Assembly (NCBI GenBank): GCA_020720625.1
Contig: DYOH01000011.1
Span: 1,421 to 65,420, forward strand
Direction of reading: 5' to 3'
DNA length: 64,000 nucleotides
Origin: Acetofilamentum sp.
GTDB taxonomy: Bacteria > Bacteroidota > Bacteroidia > Bacteroidales > DYOH01
Both the position numbers and the translations under genes were made by a program. This document shows positions 46,705 to 55,512 of the stretch, piece after piece. The notes beneath the pieces were generated by a model. That model was not told the DNA's origin. It worked only from the letters and a program-made list of their open reading frames with translations, and did no database searches. Within the stretch, counting starts at the first letter, position 1; each line of letters opens with the position of its first letter.

Positions 46705-48216
46705 TTATTTGTTCATTTCCAATAGTTTTTCGATATATGTTCTATTATTGGCCAATCTGGGTATTTTATGCTGCCCGCCTAATTTACCCTGCGATTTTAA
46801 CCAATCGTAAAAAAGCCCGCTTTTGGCAACAATTAATTCCGGACAATCAAGTGCAATGCCTTTATATCGCTTAGCTTCGTAGTCGGAATTGAGTGTTTTT
46901 AATGTAGTATCGAGTATTTCGGTAAAATGGTCTAGATTATCAGGAAATTTTTCGAATTCGATTAGCCATTGGTGTCTCCCTTTGTTCTCGGAGCCAATGT
47001 AGAATGGAGCTGCTGTATATTCCTTAATTCGAGCACCTGTTCTTTCTGATGCCGCTTTTAAGGCATTGTCGGCATTGTCTATTATTATTTCCTCGCCAAA
47101 AGCATTAATAAAATGCTTGGTTCTTCCGGTTATTTTTATTCTGTGTGGCAAAATAGAAGTAAACATTACGGTATCTCCAATGATATAGCGCCAAAGTCCT
47201 GAATTAGTACTAATTACGATTGCGTAGTTTTTGTTTAGCTCCACATTTTCTAAACTTATTGCTTTTCGGTTTGGTTTATCGAATTCGTCCATGGGGATAA
47301 ATTCGTAAAATATGCTGTAATCAAGCATTAGCAGCATATCTTGTCTTGTGAAATCATCCTGAATGGCAAAAAATCCTTCCGATGCATTATAGGTTTCCTG
47401 ATATTTCATTTTGGGCGATCTAATCAGGTTTTTATATTGTTCTCTATAGGGTTCAAAACTAACACCGCCATGAATAAATAATTCTAAATTAGGCCATATT
47501 TCCGATAAGTTATCTTTTCCGGTAATTTCGAATATCCTTTTTATCAATACCATAGTCCACGAAGGAACGCCAGAAATGGATGTTACGTTTTCGCGAATGG
47601 TAGCATGAGCCATTTTTTCTATTTTTTCTTCCCACTCATCCATTAAAGCAATAGAAATGTCGGGAGTTCGAATAAAATGGCTCCAGAATGGCATGTTCTG
47701 TATGAGCACCGCCGATAAATCGCCATAATATGATTCGGTACTCAAGTTATTTATTTGATGACTACCACCGATAATGAGACCTTTGCCCCTTAAAAGCCTT
47801 GCATCGGGATTTTGGTTATAGTATATTGCAATGGCATCTTTACCACCTCTGAAATGGCAGTTTTCTAATGCCTCCCGGCTAACAGGGATAAATTTCGATT
47901 TGTCGCTGGTGGTTCCCGACGATTTGGCAAACCATTTAATTTCGCTCGGCCAGAGAATGTTTTGTTCCCCATTCAAAATTTTTTCCACAAAATGTTTTAA
48001 TCCTTCGTAATCGCTAATGGGCACTTGGGATTGAAAATCTTTTATGGAATTTATTTTTTGAAATTGGTGTTCCTTGCCGAATTTTGTTGTTTGAGCTGCA
48101 TTAATGAGTTCGAACAACATTCCGTTTTGTACATCTACCGGATTATTTTTAAAGAATTCAATCTGATTGATTCTTTTTATCATCATCCAGTTTATTAATG
48201 AGTTAAGTATTGGCAT
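46705..48216 (-). CDS. GH3 auxin-responsive-promoter-family protein (bacterial GH3 homolog, adenylating enzyme fold)
   Basis: 503 aa. FAKSSGTTSDKSKFIPVS matches the GH3/ANL SSGTT nucleotide-binding loop. Length and layout are typical of Bacteroidetes GH3 homologs. Confidence 0.8.
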   Translation of the reverse strand: MPILNSLINWMMIKRINQIEFFKNNPVDVQNGMLFELINAAQTTKFGKEHQFQKINSIKDFQSQVPISDYEGLKHFVEKILNGEQNILWPSEIKWFAKSSGTTSDKSKFIPVSREALENCHFRGGKDAIAIYYNQNPDARLLRGKGLIIGGSHQINNLSTESYYGDLSAVLIQNMPFWSHFIRTPDISIALMDEWEEKIEKMAHATIRENVTSISGVPSWTMVLIKRIFEITGKDNLSEIWPNLELFIHGGVSFEPYREQYKNLIRSPKMKYQETYNASEGFFAIQDDFTRQDMLLMLDYSIFYEFIPMDEFDKPNRKAISLENVELNKNYAIVISTNSGLWRYIIGDTVMFTSILPHRIKITGRTKHFINAFGEEIIIDNADNALKAASERTGARIKEYTAAPFYIGSENKGRHQWLIEFEKFPDNLDHFTEILDTTLKTLNSDYEAKRYKGIALDCPELIVAKSGLFYDWLKSQGKLGGQHKIPRLANNRTYIEKLLEMNK

Positions 48217-48255
48217 ATACTGTTTGATTATTATTTTAGATGATTAATCTGCATT

Positions 48256-48263
48256 CAAAAGTA
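48256..48263 (-). promoter_or_regulatory. Bacteroidetes -7 promoter motif TACTTTTG for the GH3-to-PP2C operon
   Basis: caaaagta on the plus strand is an exact TAnnTTTG on the minus strand, 40 nt upstream of the GH3 ATG (48216). Confidence 0.5.
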
Positions 48264-48293
48264 AAAAATAAATGGTTTCTGAACTAGTTTTTT

Positions 48294-48301
48294 TAATTTT
48301 G
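48294..48301 (+). promoter_or_regulatory. Bacteroidetes -7 promoter motif TAATTTTG for cvpA-tyrS
   Basis: Exact TAnnTTTG, 24 nt upstream of the ATG at 48325. Divergent from the GH3 promoter. Confidence 0.5.
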
Positions 48302-48324
48302 CTGCTATATTATACCTATTTTAT

Positions 48325-48828
48325 ATGATTAGCATCATCGATTTATTTGTAACCATAACCGTTATATGGGGTATATGGTCGGGCTATCAGCGGGGAATGA
48401 TTATCGAATTTTTCTCGTTTGGTATTTTTATTCTTGGCGTTATTTTGTCGAATGTTTTTGCTATGGCTGCCACCAAGGTTTTTCCTCGTTATAACATGAG
48501 CAGCCCATATATTTTGCTTGTCATGTTTATTCTTGCTCTGATTGCTGCAGCTTATCTTTCATATCTGGCCGGTAATTTAGTTAAAAAAATGATGGGTGAA
48601 ACGCAAATTACTCCTACCATGAGATATATTGGTATAGCTGTGGGGTCCGGGAAAATGTTTCTTGCTGATAGTATTGTGCTATATTTGCTAAATATTGTGC
48701 ATAATGCCAAGCATTTTTTGCCGGAAGATATGTTGGAACGCTCACTTTTTAACGACGCTTTGGTTTCACTTGCGCCGTTGATATTTAGGTTTTTAAATAA
48801 TTATAATTTTCAGGATAATATCATTTAA
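48325..48828 (+). CDS. CvpA-family membrane protein
   Basis: 167 aa, four TM helices, N-terminus and size typical of CvpA. Weaker call. Confidence 0.6.
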   Translation: MISIIDLFVTITVIWGIWSGYQRGMIIEFFSFGIFILGVILSNVFAMAATKVFPRYNMSSPYILLVMFILALIAAAYLSYLAGNLVKKMMGETQITPTMRYIGIAVGSGKMFLADSIVLYLLNIVHNAKHFLPEDMLERSLFNDALVSLAPLIFRFLNNYNFQDNII

Positions 48829-48833
48829 GATTT

Positions 48834-50141
48834 ATGACAAAGAGTAGTTTTATTGAAGAAATAAAGTGGCGCGGCATGCTTCAGGATATAATGCCCGGAA
48901 CTGATGAGCAGTTAAATATTGAAATGACAAGTGCCTATATTGGCTTCGATCCTACATCAGATTCATTGCATATTGGCAGTTTGGCCCCTATTATGTTGTT
49001 AAAGCATTTTCAGCTTGCAGGGCATAAACCTTTTGTACTTGTGGGTGGAGCTACAGGCATGATTGGAGACCCGAGCGGCAAATCGGAAGAAAGAAATTTG
49101 CTCGATGAGGAATCTTTGCATAAGAATCAGGAAGGAATTAAGAAACAATTAAGTAAGTTTCTTAATTTTGATTCGGGTGCAGCAAACGACGCTGTAATGG
49201 TTAATAACTACGATTGGATGAAGGATTTCTCGTTTTTGGCTTTTATTAGAGATATTGGCAAGCATATTACCGTGAACTATATGATGGCTAAAGACTCAGT
49301 AAAGAAGAGATTTGGTGATACCAACAACGAGGCCGAAGGTATGTCGTTCACCGAGTTTACTTACCAATTGGTGCAAGGATATGATTTTTTGCACCTATAC
49401 CAAAATAATAATTGTAAACTTCAAATGGGAGGCAGCGATCAGTGGGGAAATATTACTACTGGCACCGAGCTTATTAGAAGAATTGCCAATGGAAAAGCTT
49501 TTGCCCTTACTACACCGCTTATAAAAAAAGCAGATGGAACTAAGTTTGGTAAAACAGAGCAAGGAAATGTTTGGTTAGATTCTGATAAAACAAGTCCTTA
49601 TGCATTCTATCAGTTCTGGCTAAATACTAGCGACGCAGATGCCGAAGCATATATAAAAGTGTTTACCTTGCTCGATAAGCAAAGTATCGGGAATGTAATT
49701 GAACAGCATAAGCAAAATGCTTCGCAAAGGCTTTTGCAGAAAACTCTTGCCCGTGAAATTACAACGATGGTGCATTCCGCAGATGATTACGAAATTGCCC
49801 TGAAGGCTTCAGAAATTTTGTTTGGAAAAGCAACCTTCGAAACAATGTCGTCTATCGACGAGAAAACATTTTTGTCGGTTTTCGATGGTGTGCCAACTTT
49901 TCGGATTTCGGCAGATGCACTCAAAGCCAGAATTAATATTTTGGATTTACTTACCACCGAAACAAACGTGTTTGCTTCAAAAGGAGAGTTAAGACGTCTG
50001 ATGAAAGAAAACGGATTGAGCATTAATAAACAGAAGGAGCAGAACCAAGAACGATTTGTTTCGGAAGGTGATTTTATTCGCAGGAAATATTTAATGATTG
50101 GCAAAGGAAAAACAAATTTATACCTTATTGTGGCCGATTAA
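48834..50141 (+). CDS. tyrS: tyrosine--tRNA ligase
   Basis: HIGH-type motif (SLHIGSL), KMSKS-type motif (KFGKT), C-terminal S4-like domain. Confidence 0.9.
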   Translation: MTKSSFIEEIKWRGMLQDIMPGTDEQLNIEMTSAYIGFDPTSDSLHIGSLAPIMLLKHFQLAGHKPFVLVGGATGMIGDPSGKSEERNLLDEESLHKNQEGIKKQLSKFLNFDSGAANDAVMVNNYDWMKDFSFLAFIRDIGKHITVNYMMAKDSVKKRFGDTNNEAEGMSFTEFTYQLVQGYDFLHLYQNNNCKLQMGGSDQWGNITTGTELIRRIANGKAFALTTPLIKKADGTKFGKTEQGNVWLDSDKTSPYAFYQFWLNTSDADAEAYIKVFTLLDKQSIGNVIEQHKQNASQRLLQKTLAREITTMVHSADDYEIALKASEILFGKATFETMSSIDEKTFLSVFDGVPTFRISADALKARINILDLLTTETNVFASKGELRRLMKENGLSINKQKEQNQERFVSEGDFIRRKYLMIGKGKTNLYLIVAD

Positions 50142-50261
50142 AATAAGCAAGCTTTGTCTTGTTGGCTAAATATTTTTTAGAGGTAGAAACATAATCAACT
50201 GCTTAACTACTTGTTTTGTATTTAATCAGCGTATTTAAATATTGTATAATAAACAGTTGTA

Positions 50262-51302
50262 ATGAAAAACAACGATTTTAATCTGATGCATTTACTTGCC
50301 TTTTATATTAGACATAGCAAGAAAGTGTTAATTTTTACTGCATTAGCAGCATTAGTTTCTATTGTGGCAGCTTTGGTTATTACGCCGCTATATTTATCCG
50401 AAGTAATAATTTTTCCGGCATCTAATACATCTATTTCCAAAGAATTACTAACTGATGTAACCCGATCAAGAAAAGATATTTTGCTTTTTGGGGAGGACGA
50501 AGAGGCCGAACAGCTATTGCAAATTCTTTACTCCGATGAAATAAAGAGCAGAATTGTGCAGCGATTCGACCTTTTCCTACATTATAATATTCCAACAGAT
50601 GCTGGCTATCCAAACACTTCGATTGGCAAAAAGTTTGCGAATAATATTAAGTTTAGCCGTACACAGTATCAAGCAGTTAAAATTCAGGTATACGACAAAG
50701 ACCCCCAGATGGCCGCAAATATTGCAGAAGCAATACTTGAGTTGGTAGATACCGTTTACAATAATATTCAAAAAAAACGAGCTTTGGGCGCTTATAAAAT
50801 TGTAGAAGCTGAATATTTGAGATGGCAACAAATCCATAGCGGCATTATGGATTCATTGACTTTGCTACGAAATGTGGGTGTTTGGGATTATCAAATACAA
50901 GTACAAATGCTAACCGAAGCATTGGTGCGTGCTATAGAAAAGAATAATGCTCCTGCACAAACCGATATCAAAAGGCAATTGGCAACACTCGAGCGTTTTG
51001 GCGGATTATATTTAGATTTATCGGCACGATTGGAATCTACACAACTCCAATTAGCATTGCTGGCATCTAAACTTTCGGAAGCTAGGGTAGATTTAGAACA
51101 AAATTTAAGTCATAAATTTATTGTAAATGCTCCATCAGTTCCCGAGAAAAAAGCAAAGCCTGTAAGGTGGCTTATTGTTGTTATTAGCACCATCTCGGCA
51201 TTTGTCCTTATTTCTGTTATTCTGATATTTCTCGAATCGTTTAAGAGTAAGGAGTGGAAGCAAATAATTGAAGAAACATCCGCAGATAATAAAACAAAAT
51301 AA
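50262..51302 (+). CDS. Wzz-like polysaccharide co-polymerase (chain-length determinant topology)
   Basis: One N-terminal and one C-terminal TM helix flank a helical/coiled region of about 260 aa. This is a topology-based call only. Confidence 0.5.
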   Translation: MKNNDFNLMHLLAFYIRHSKKVLIFTALAALVSIVAALVITPLYLSEVIIFPASNTSISKELLTDVTRSRKDILLFGEDEEAEQLLQILYSDEIKSRIVQRFDLFLHYNIPTDAGYPNTSIGKKFANNIKFSRTQYQAVKIQVYDKDPQMAANIAEAILELVDTVYNNIQKKRALGAYKIVEAEYLRWQQIHSGIMDSLTLLRNVGVWDYQIQVQMLTEALVRAIEKNNAPAQTDIKRQLATLERFGGLYLDLSARLESTQLQLALLASKLSEARVDLEQNLSHKFIVNAPSVPEKKAKPVRWLIVVISTISAFVLISVILIFLESFKSKEWKQIIEETSADNKTK

Positions 51303-51356
51303 TTAGGTGTATACGCAAAGCAAAGCCATTCATTTTTTTTAGCCCTAAGAATCATT

Positions 51357-52811
51357 ATGCACAAAAAGATTAATCAATTTTCGATAATCGAAATTGTTTT
51401 CTGGAGTCTGTCTTTGATTTTTTTAGTAATGATTATTCCAGCTTGGTTATTCAATTGGCCTTTATTTTTCACATTTCCCGTAATACTTGTATTTACATAT
51501 TTTTTTTTATTTCGCATCGATAAGGTTTTCGACTTTATTTTCTTCATAACACCATTTTCTATTCAGCTCAGTGAGTTTTTTCCCCAAGTTTCGTTTGATA
51601 TATTTTTGCCCACCGAGCCATTGATTTTGGCTCTGCTACTGGTGTTTGCCTATAAAATGATTACAGGAAGCGGATTGCCCCGGGCATTTGTGCAGCACCC
51701 AATCAGTATTGCACTGTACATTTATTTATTTTGGTTGATTTTCACATCCATTACCAGTTCTATGCCCTTGGTTTCGTTGAAATATGTGCTGATGAAAATT
51801 TGGTACATTGGCGTGTTTTATTTCTACTTACTAAATTATCTCCATAAATATAAAACATTTATTACTACTATTCGCTTGTATGTTTTTTCATTTGCATTAG
51901 TTATAATGTATAGTCTTATAAGACTTTCGGGTTATGGATTTAACGATTTTCAGGCGGCACATTTTGTTATGGAACCTTTTTACCGCGACCACACAATATA
52001 CGGTGCTGTGCTGGCGCTATTTATTCCTGTGCTTTTGTCGTTAATCTTTCGAAAGGAGCAAAAAGCCTTGCATAAAATAGGGGGCATTTACTTTCTCCTA
52101 CTTTTTTTGGTAGCATTAATATTTTCCTATACCCGTGCCGCTTGGATAAGTCTGCTGGCTGTTGCCGCATTATTTTTGTTGATTTATTTTAAAGTTTCGT
52201 GGAAATGGCTACTCTCGGGGGCTTTGTTGCTTGTAATCGTTTCAACTCAATTGTGGTGGACAATTTATTTTCGTATGGAATCTAACAAACAAGATTCATC
52301 TTCGGATTTTAGCGAACATGTAGAGTCAATTACCAATATTGCCACCGATGCAAGTAATTTGGAGCGAATAAATAGATGGAAAGCTGCCTGGAGATTAGCC
52401 GCTGAACGGCCGGGAGTTGGTTGGGGGCCAGGAACTTATCAGTTTCAGTATGCAAGTGTACAGTTTTCTTACGATAAAACCATTATAAGTACCAATTTTG
52501 GCGATGGCGGAAATGCACATAGTGAGTATTTAGGGCACTTGGCCGAAACTGGCTGGCCGGGGATGTTTATTTTTATTGGGCTTATTGCATCCGTATTAAT
52601 TTCCGGAATAAAGGCTTTGACTATTGTGGATGCTCAGCACTATGCTTTGCTTTTTGGTGTATTATTAGGCTTGAGTACTTATTTTGTGCATGCATTTTTG
52701 AATAATTTTCTGGATGCTGATAAGATGGCAGTCCCTTTTTGGTCGTTTCTGGCTTTTATAGTATACGCACAAACTTTTCTACAAAAAAATGATACTGTGA
52801 ATAAGAATTAA
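51357..52811 (+). CDS. O-antigen ligase (Wzy_C)-family membrane protein
   Basis: About 12 TM helices, with a YTRAAWISLL segment and a large loop (SNLERINRWKAAWRL...GWGPGTY) typical of the family. Confidence 0.7.
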   Translation: MHKKINQFSIIEIVFWSLSLIFLVMIIPAWLFNWPLFFTFPVILVFTYFFLFRIDKVFDFIFFITPFSIQLSEFFPQVSFDIFLPTEPLILALLLVFAYKMITGSGLPRAFVQHPISIALYIYLFWLIFTSITSSMPLVSLKYVLMKIWYIGVFYFYLLNYLHKYKTFITTIRLYVFSFALVIMYSLIRLSGYGFNDFQAAHFVMEPFYRDHTIYGAVLALFIPVLLSLIFRKEQKALHKIGGIYFLLLFLVALIFSYTRAAWISLLAVAALFLLIYFKVSWKWLLSGALLLVIVSTQLWWTIYFRMESNKQDSSSDFSEHVESITNIATDASNLERINRWKAAWRLAAERPGVGWGPGTYQFQYASVQFSYDKTIISTNFGDGGNAHSEYLGHLAETGWPGMFIFIGLIASVLISGIKALTIVDAQHYALLFGVLLGLSTYFVHAFLNNFLDADKMAVPFWSFLAFIVYAQTFLQKNDTVNKN

Positions 52812-52875
52812 TTTCTTTTTGCGTTATAAGTTTGGTAATAGATAAAAGCTTAATTTTAAATCTACCAATTAATTT

Positions 52876-52883
52876 TAAATTTG
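52876..52883 (+). promoter_or_regulatory. Bacteroidetes -7 promoter motif TAAATTTG upstream of the T9SS cargo gene
   Basis: Exact TAnnTTTG. It contains the track's TTG start (52881), so the ATG at 52905 is the likely start. Confidence 0.5.
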
Positions 52884-52904
52884 CAGCACCAAATTGAAAT
52901 CAAT

Positions 52905-54110
52905 ATGAAACGACTCCCGCTCATTATTTTGTTTATTATGTTTTTGCAAAAAACAGGCCAAAGTCAGGATTTTACCTTCGAGAATCTTTGCTTGGGCGAT
53001 TCAACAAGCTTTGTATACGATGATGCAGTTGCCATTGATTCTATTTATTGGAATTTTGGCGATGTTGCTACAAACGATAATTCCACATTAAATAATCCAA
53101 AATGGGTTTTTTCATCTGCTAATACTTTTACTGTAGTGATGACCTATTATATAAGTGGAATTGGGAATATAGTAAGTAAATCTATCAGTATTAACCCATT
53201 ACCGGCTACTGACTTGGGTGCTGCCAGAGAGGCTTGCAATGGAACTACCGTAACGCTTAGTTCTACTGGCACATTTGTTAGCTACTTGTGGAGCGATGCT
53301 AGTACAAATGCAAGCTTGGCTGTTACAGAGTCGGGCGTTTATCGTTTAATCGTAACAGATATTAATGGTTGTTCTAATATAGATAGTGTAAGAGTTACTT
53401 TCGATGGACCTTTGTTAGACCTTGCCGACGTGGATATTTGTGTTGATGGCAATGGAACTCTCGATGCAGGAGCAGGATTTAGTTCTTATAGCTGGAGCAA
53501 TGGTGCTAACACCCAGACTACCGAAATTTCATCTCCAGGAAATTATACAGTTACCGTTACCGATGAAAATGGATGTCAAGCCACCGACAATATCATTGTT
53601 TCGGAGGTACCTGGTCCGGATTTGTACGATTATACTCAAATTCCCGTAACTGCAACAACTACCGGTTTTGCAACCTTGTTTGCCAGTGGCGGAAACGGTG
53701 CGCTGGTTTATCAGCTAAAAGATATTACAGCATTTCAAAGTTCTAGTACATTTGCCGGTTTGGTGGCAGGAACCTATACCGCAGTAGTGATGGACGATTT
53801 GGGCTGTACAGATGAGTTGGAAATTGAAATTTTATCCAACAAAGACCCTGTTGAACCTAGCGATGGTTTTACTCCAAATAACGATGCGGTAAACGATGTA
53901 TGGACAATCAAGAAAATTGAAATATATCCGGAGGCTATTATTAAAGTTTACGATCGTTGGAATAAACTTGTTTTTGAATCAAACGGAAATTACCAACCCT
54001 GGAAAGGAATTGTTTCGGGCGGTTTTGTTCCATCAGGAACATATTTCTATTTTATTGATTTAAAAAATGGCAATAAGCCACAGGTTGGTTTTATAACTAT
54101 TATCAGATAA
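52905..54110 (+). CDS. T9SS type B sorting-domain (gliding-motility C-terminal domain) surface protein with PKD-like and SprB-type repeats
   Basis: Signal peptide and a PKD-like segment (WNFGD...). Repeated WS-x-G..T...GxYxVxVTDxNGC modules. C-terminus FTPNNDAVNDVW...VYDRWNKLVFES...WKG...SGTYFYFIDL. Confidence 0.8.
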   Translation: MKRLPLIILFIMFLQKTGQSQDFTFENLCLGDSTSFVYDDAVAIDSIYWNFGDVATNDNSTLNNPKWVFSSANTFTVVMTYYISGIGNIVSKSISINPLPATDLGAAREACNGTTVTLSSTGTFVSYLWSDASTNASLAVTESGVYRLIVTDINGCSNIDSVRVTFDGPLLDLADVDICVDGNGTLDAGAGFSSYSWSNGANTQTTEISSPGNYTVTVTDENGCQATDNIIVSEVPGPDLYDYTQIPVTATTTGFATLFASGGNGALVYQLKDITAFQSSSTFAGLVAGTYTAVVMDDLGCTDELEIEILSNKDPVEPSDGFTPNNDAVNDVWTIKKIEIYPEAIIKVYDRWNKLVFESNGNYQPWKGIVSGGFVPSGTYFYFIDLKNGNKPQVGFITIIR

Positions 54111-54208
54111 TACTCTCAGAGGTAAACAGCGCGATAAATGAAAACTGAGAAAACAAAAGCTAAAATTATATTTATTAGTAGCAAAGAAAAATTTCTAAAT
54201 TTTAATGC

Positions 54209-55129
54209 ATGAAATCTACACTACAAATCGGCTTATTTATTGTTCTATTGTTTTTGGGAACAAAAATTAAAGCACAATCAAATCCGTTTACTTACGACTA
54301 TCATTTTAATACTTATCTGATAAATCCTGCTGCTGCAGGTCAAAATGTAAACGGAATGTCTATCAGGATAATAGACCGACAACAATGGCTTATGCTGCCT
54401 GGTTCACCGCAAACCGGAAGTTTGTCCTTTACAACACTTATAAACGATATGCATGGTATTGGCGTGATGATAGGTCGCGATGCAATTGGGTTACAAAACA
54501 GGCTTTTGGGAAAAGTTTCTTACTCACACCATTCGAAAATAGAAAAACATAATAATCGAAATCTTGCTTTTGGTATTGCGGCAGAGGTTTACCAATATAC
54601 TTTTAATAAATCATTTACCGACCCACTAGCTCAGGCAGATCGTGGGTTTAATGCTGCTATTGAGAAGAAAATCTATCCGAATGCCACTTTGGGCACTATA
54701 TTTTATGGAGATAAAGGTTATTTTGGAGTTTCGGTTATGAACGTCATAAAACCACAGATATACAAAGATTTAGAACCTTTTTTAGTACATGTGGCCTTGG
54801 CTCGCAGAGAAAAAATTAGTAAAAACTTTACTCTCGAAATCAATACGCTTCTTAAAGCAAATTCAGACTACCAGATTTCAGTAGACATAAATTCAATTCT
54901 TTCCTATACCAACAAAGTATGGCTTGGGGCTTCTTATCGTTTGCCCAGAGCTATATTGGTGATGACTGGATATAATTTTGGGCCTTTCTCCATTGGTTAT
55001 GCTTTTGAGTATTCATTGGCACAGGTTACCACCGCATCTTTTGGTACTCATTCTGCTATGCTTGGCTATAATGTTTTCAATAAGAATAAAAGCAAACAAG
55101 GCGCTGCTGATTGTCCGGCCTATTTCTAA
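54209..55129 (+). CDS. PorP/SprF-family type IX secretion membrane protein
   Basis: Signal peptide, YLINPAAAG motif, about 300-aa beta-barrel-like sequence. Sits immediately downstream of a type-B CTD gene. Confidence 0.8.
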   Translation: MKSTLQIGLFIVLLFLGTKIKAQSNPFTYDYHFNTYLINPAAAGQNVNGMSIRIIDRQQWLMLPGSPQTGSLSFTTLINDMHGIGVMIGRDAIGLQNRLLGKVSYSHHSKIEKHNNRNLAFGIAAEVYQYTFNKSFTDPLAQADRGFNAAIEKKIYPNATLGTIFYGDKGYFGVSVMNVIKPQIYKDLEPFLVHVALARREKISKNFTLEINTLLKANSDYQISVDINSILSYTNKVWLGASYRLPRAILVMTGYNFGPFSIGYAFEYSLAQVTTASFGTHSAMLGYNVFNKNKSKQGAADCPAYF

Positions 55130-55223
55130 GAATAACGAATGCTTGTTTTATCCTGTTTCGTTGAATTGTGAGTGCCAAAACGTTTTTGCGTAATCCCTAA
55201 GCAATGGGACAGTATAAGCTACA

Positions 55224-55231
55224 CACTTTTG
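55224..55231 (+). promoter_or_regulatory. orphan promoter-like motif CACTTTTG in a convergent intergenic region
   Basis: Same 8-mer as at 2257, 15352 and 20559. No ORF downstream. The hairpin terminator lies 73 nt downstream. Confidence 0.3.
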
Positions 55232-55303
55232 GGAATTATATTTGTTTTTTTTAAAATTGCTTTAATATCGGTTTAGTATAATCTATATTTCAATTTTGCA
55301 TGG

Positions 55304-55347
55304 CCACAAAGTATCCATAAGCCTTTCGGTACTTTGTGGTATTTTTT
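55304..55347 (+). terminator. intrinsic terminator (plus strand) in the porP/sensor intergenic region
   Basis: 10-bp stem ccacaaagta(55304-55313)/tactttgtgg(55330-55339), followed by tatttttt. Confidence 0.6.
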
Positions 55348-55512
55348 CAAGCACATCAGTAGGCCTTTAAATCTCATCACATATTAATAGCGATGACTTA
55401 AAACAATTCACCATTAAATTATTTACCTTTAGAAAAGGCTTATTATCGGAATAAAGCATCAATTGCCGGCATAGCTTTCTGCAAAAAGCGATATGGGGTA
55501 TTCGCAGAAAAA

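Noticed and set aside
14304-48216. LOG-family (cytokinin-activating homolog) and GH3 (auxin-conjugating homolog) genes as a possible plant-hormone system
   Set aside because: The two genes are about 32 kb apart, in different operons. Both families are widespread in bacteria that have no plant association.
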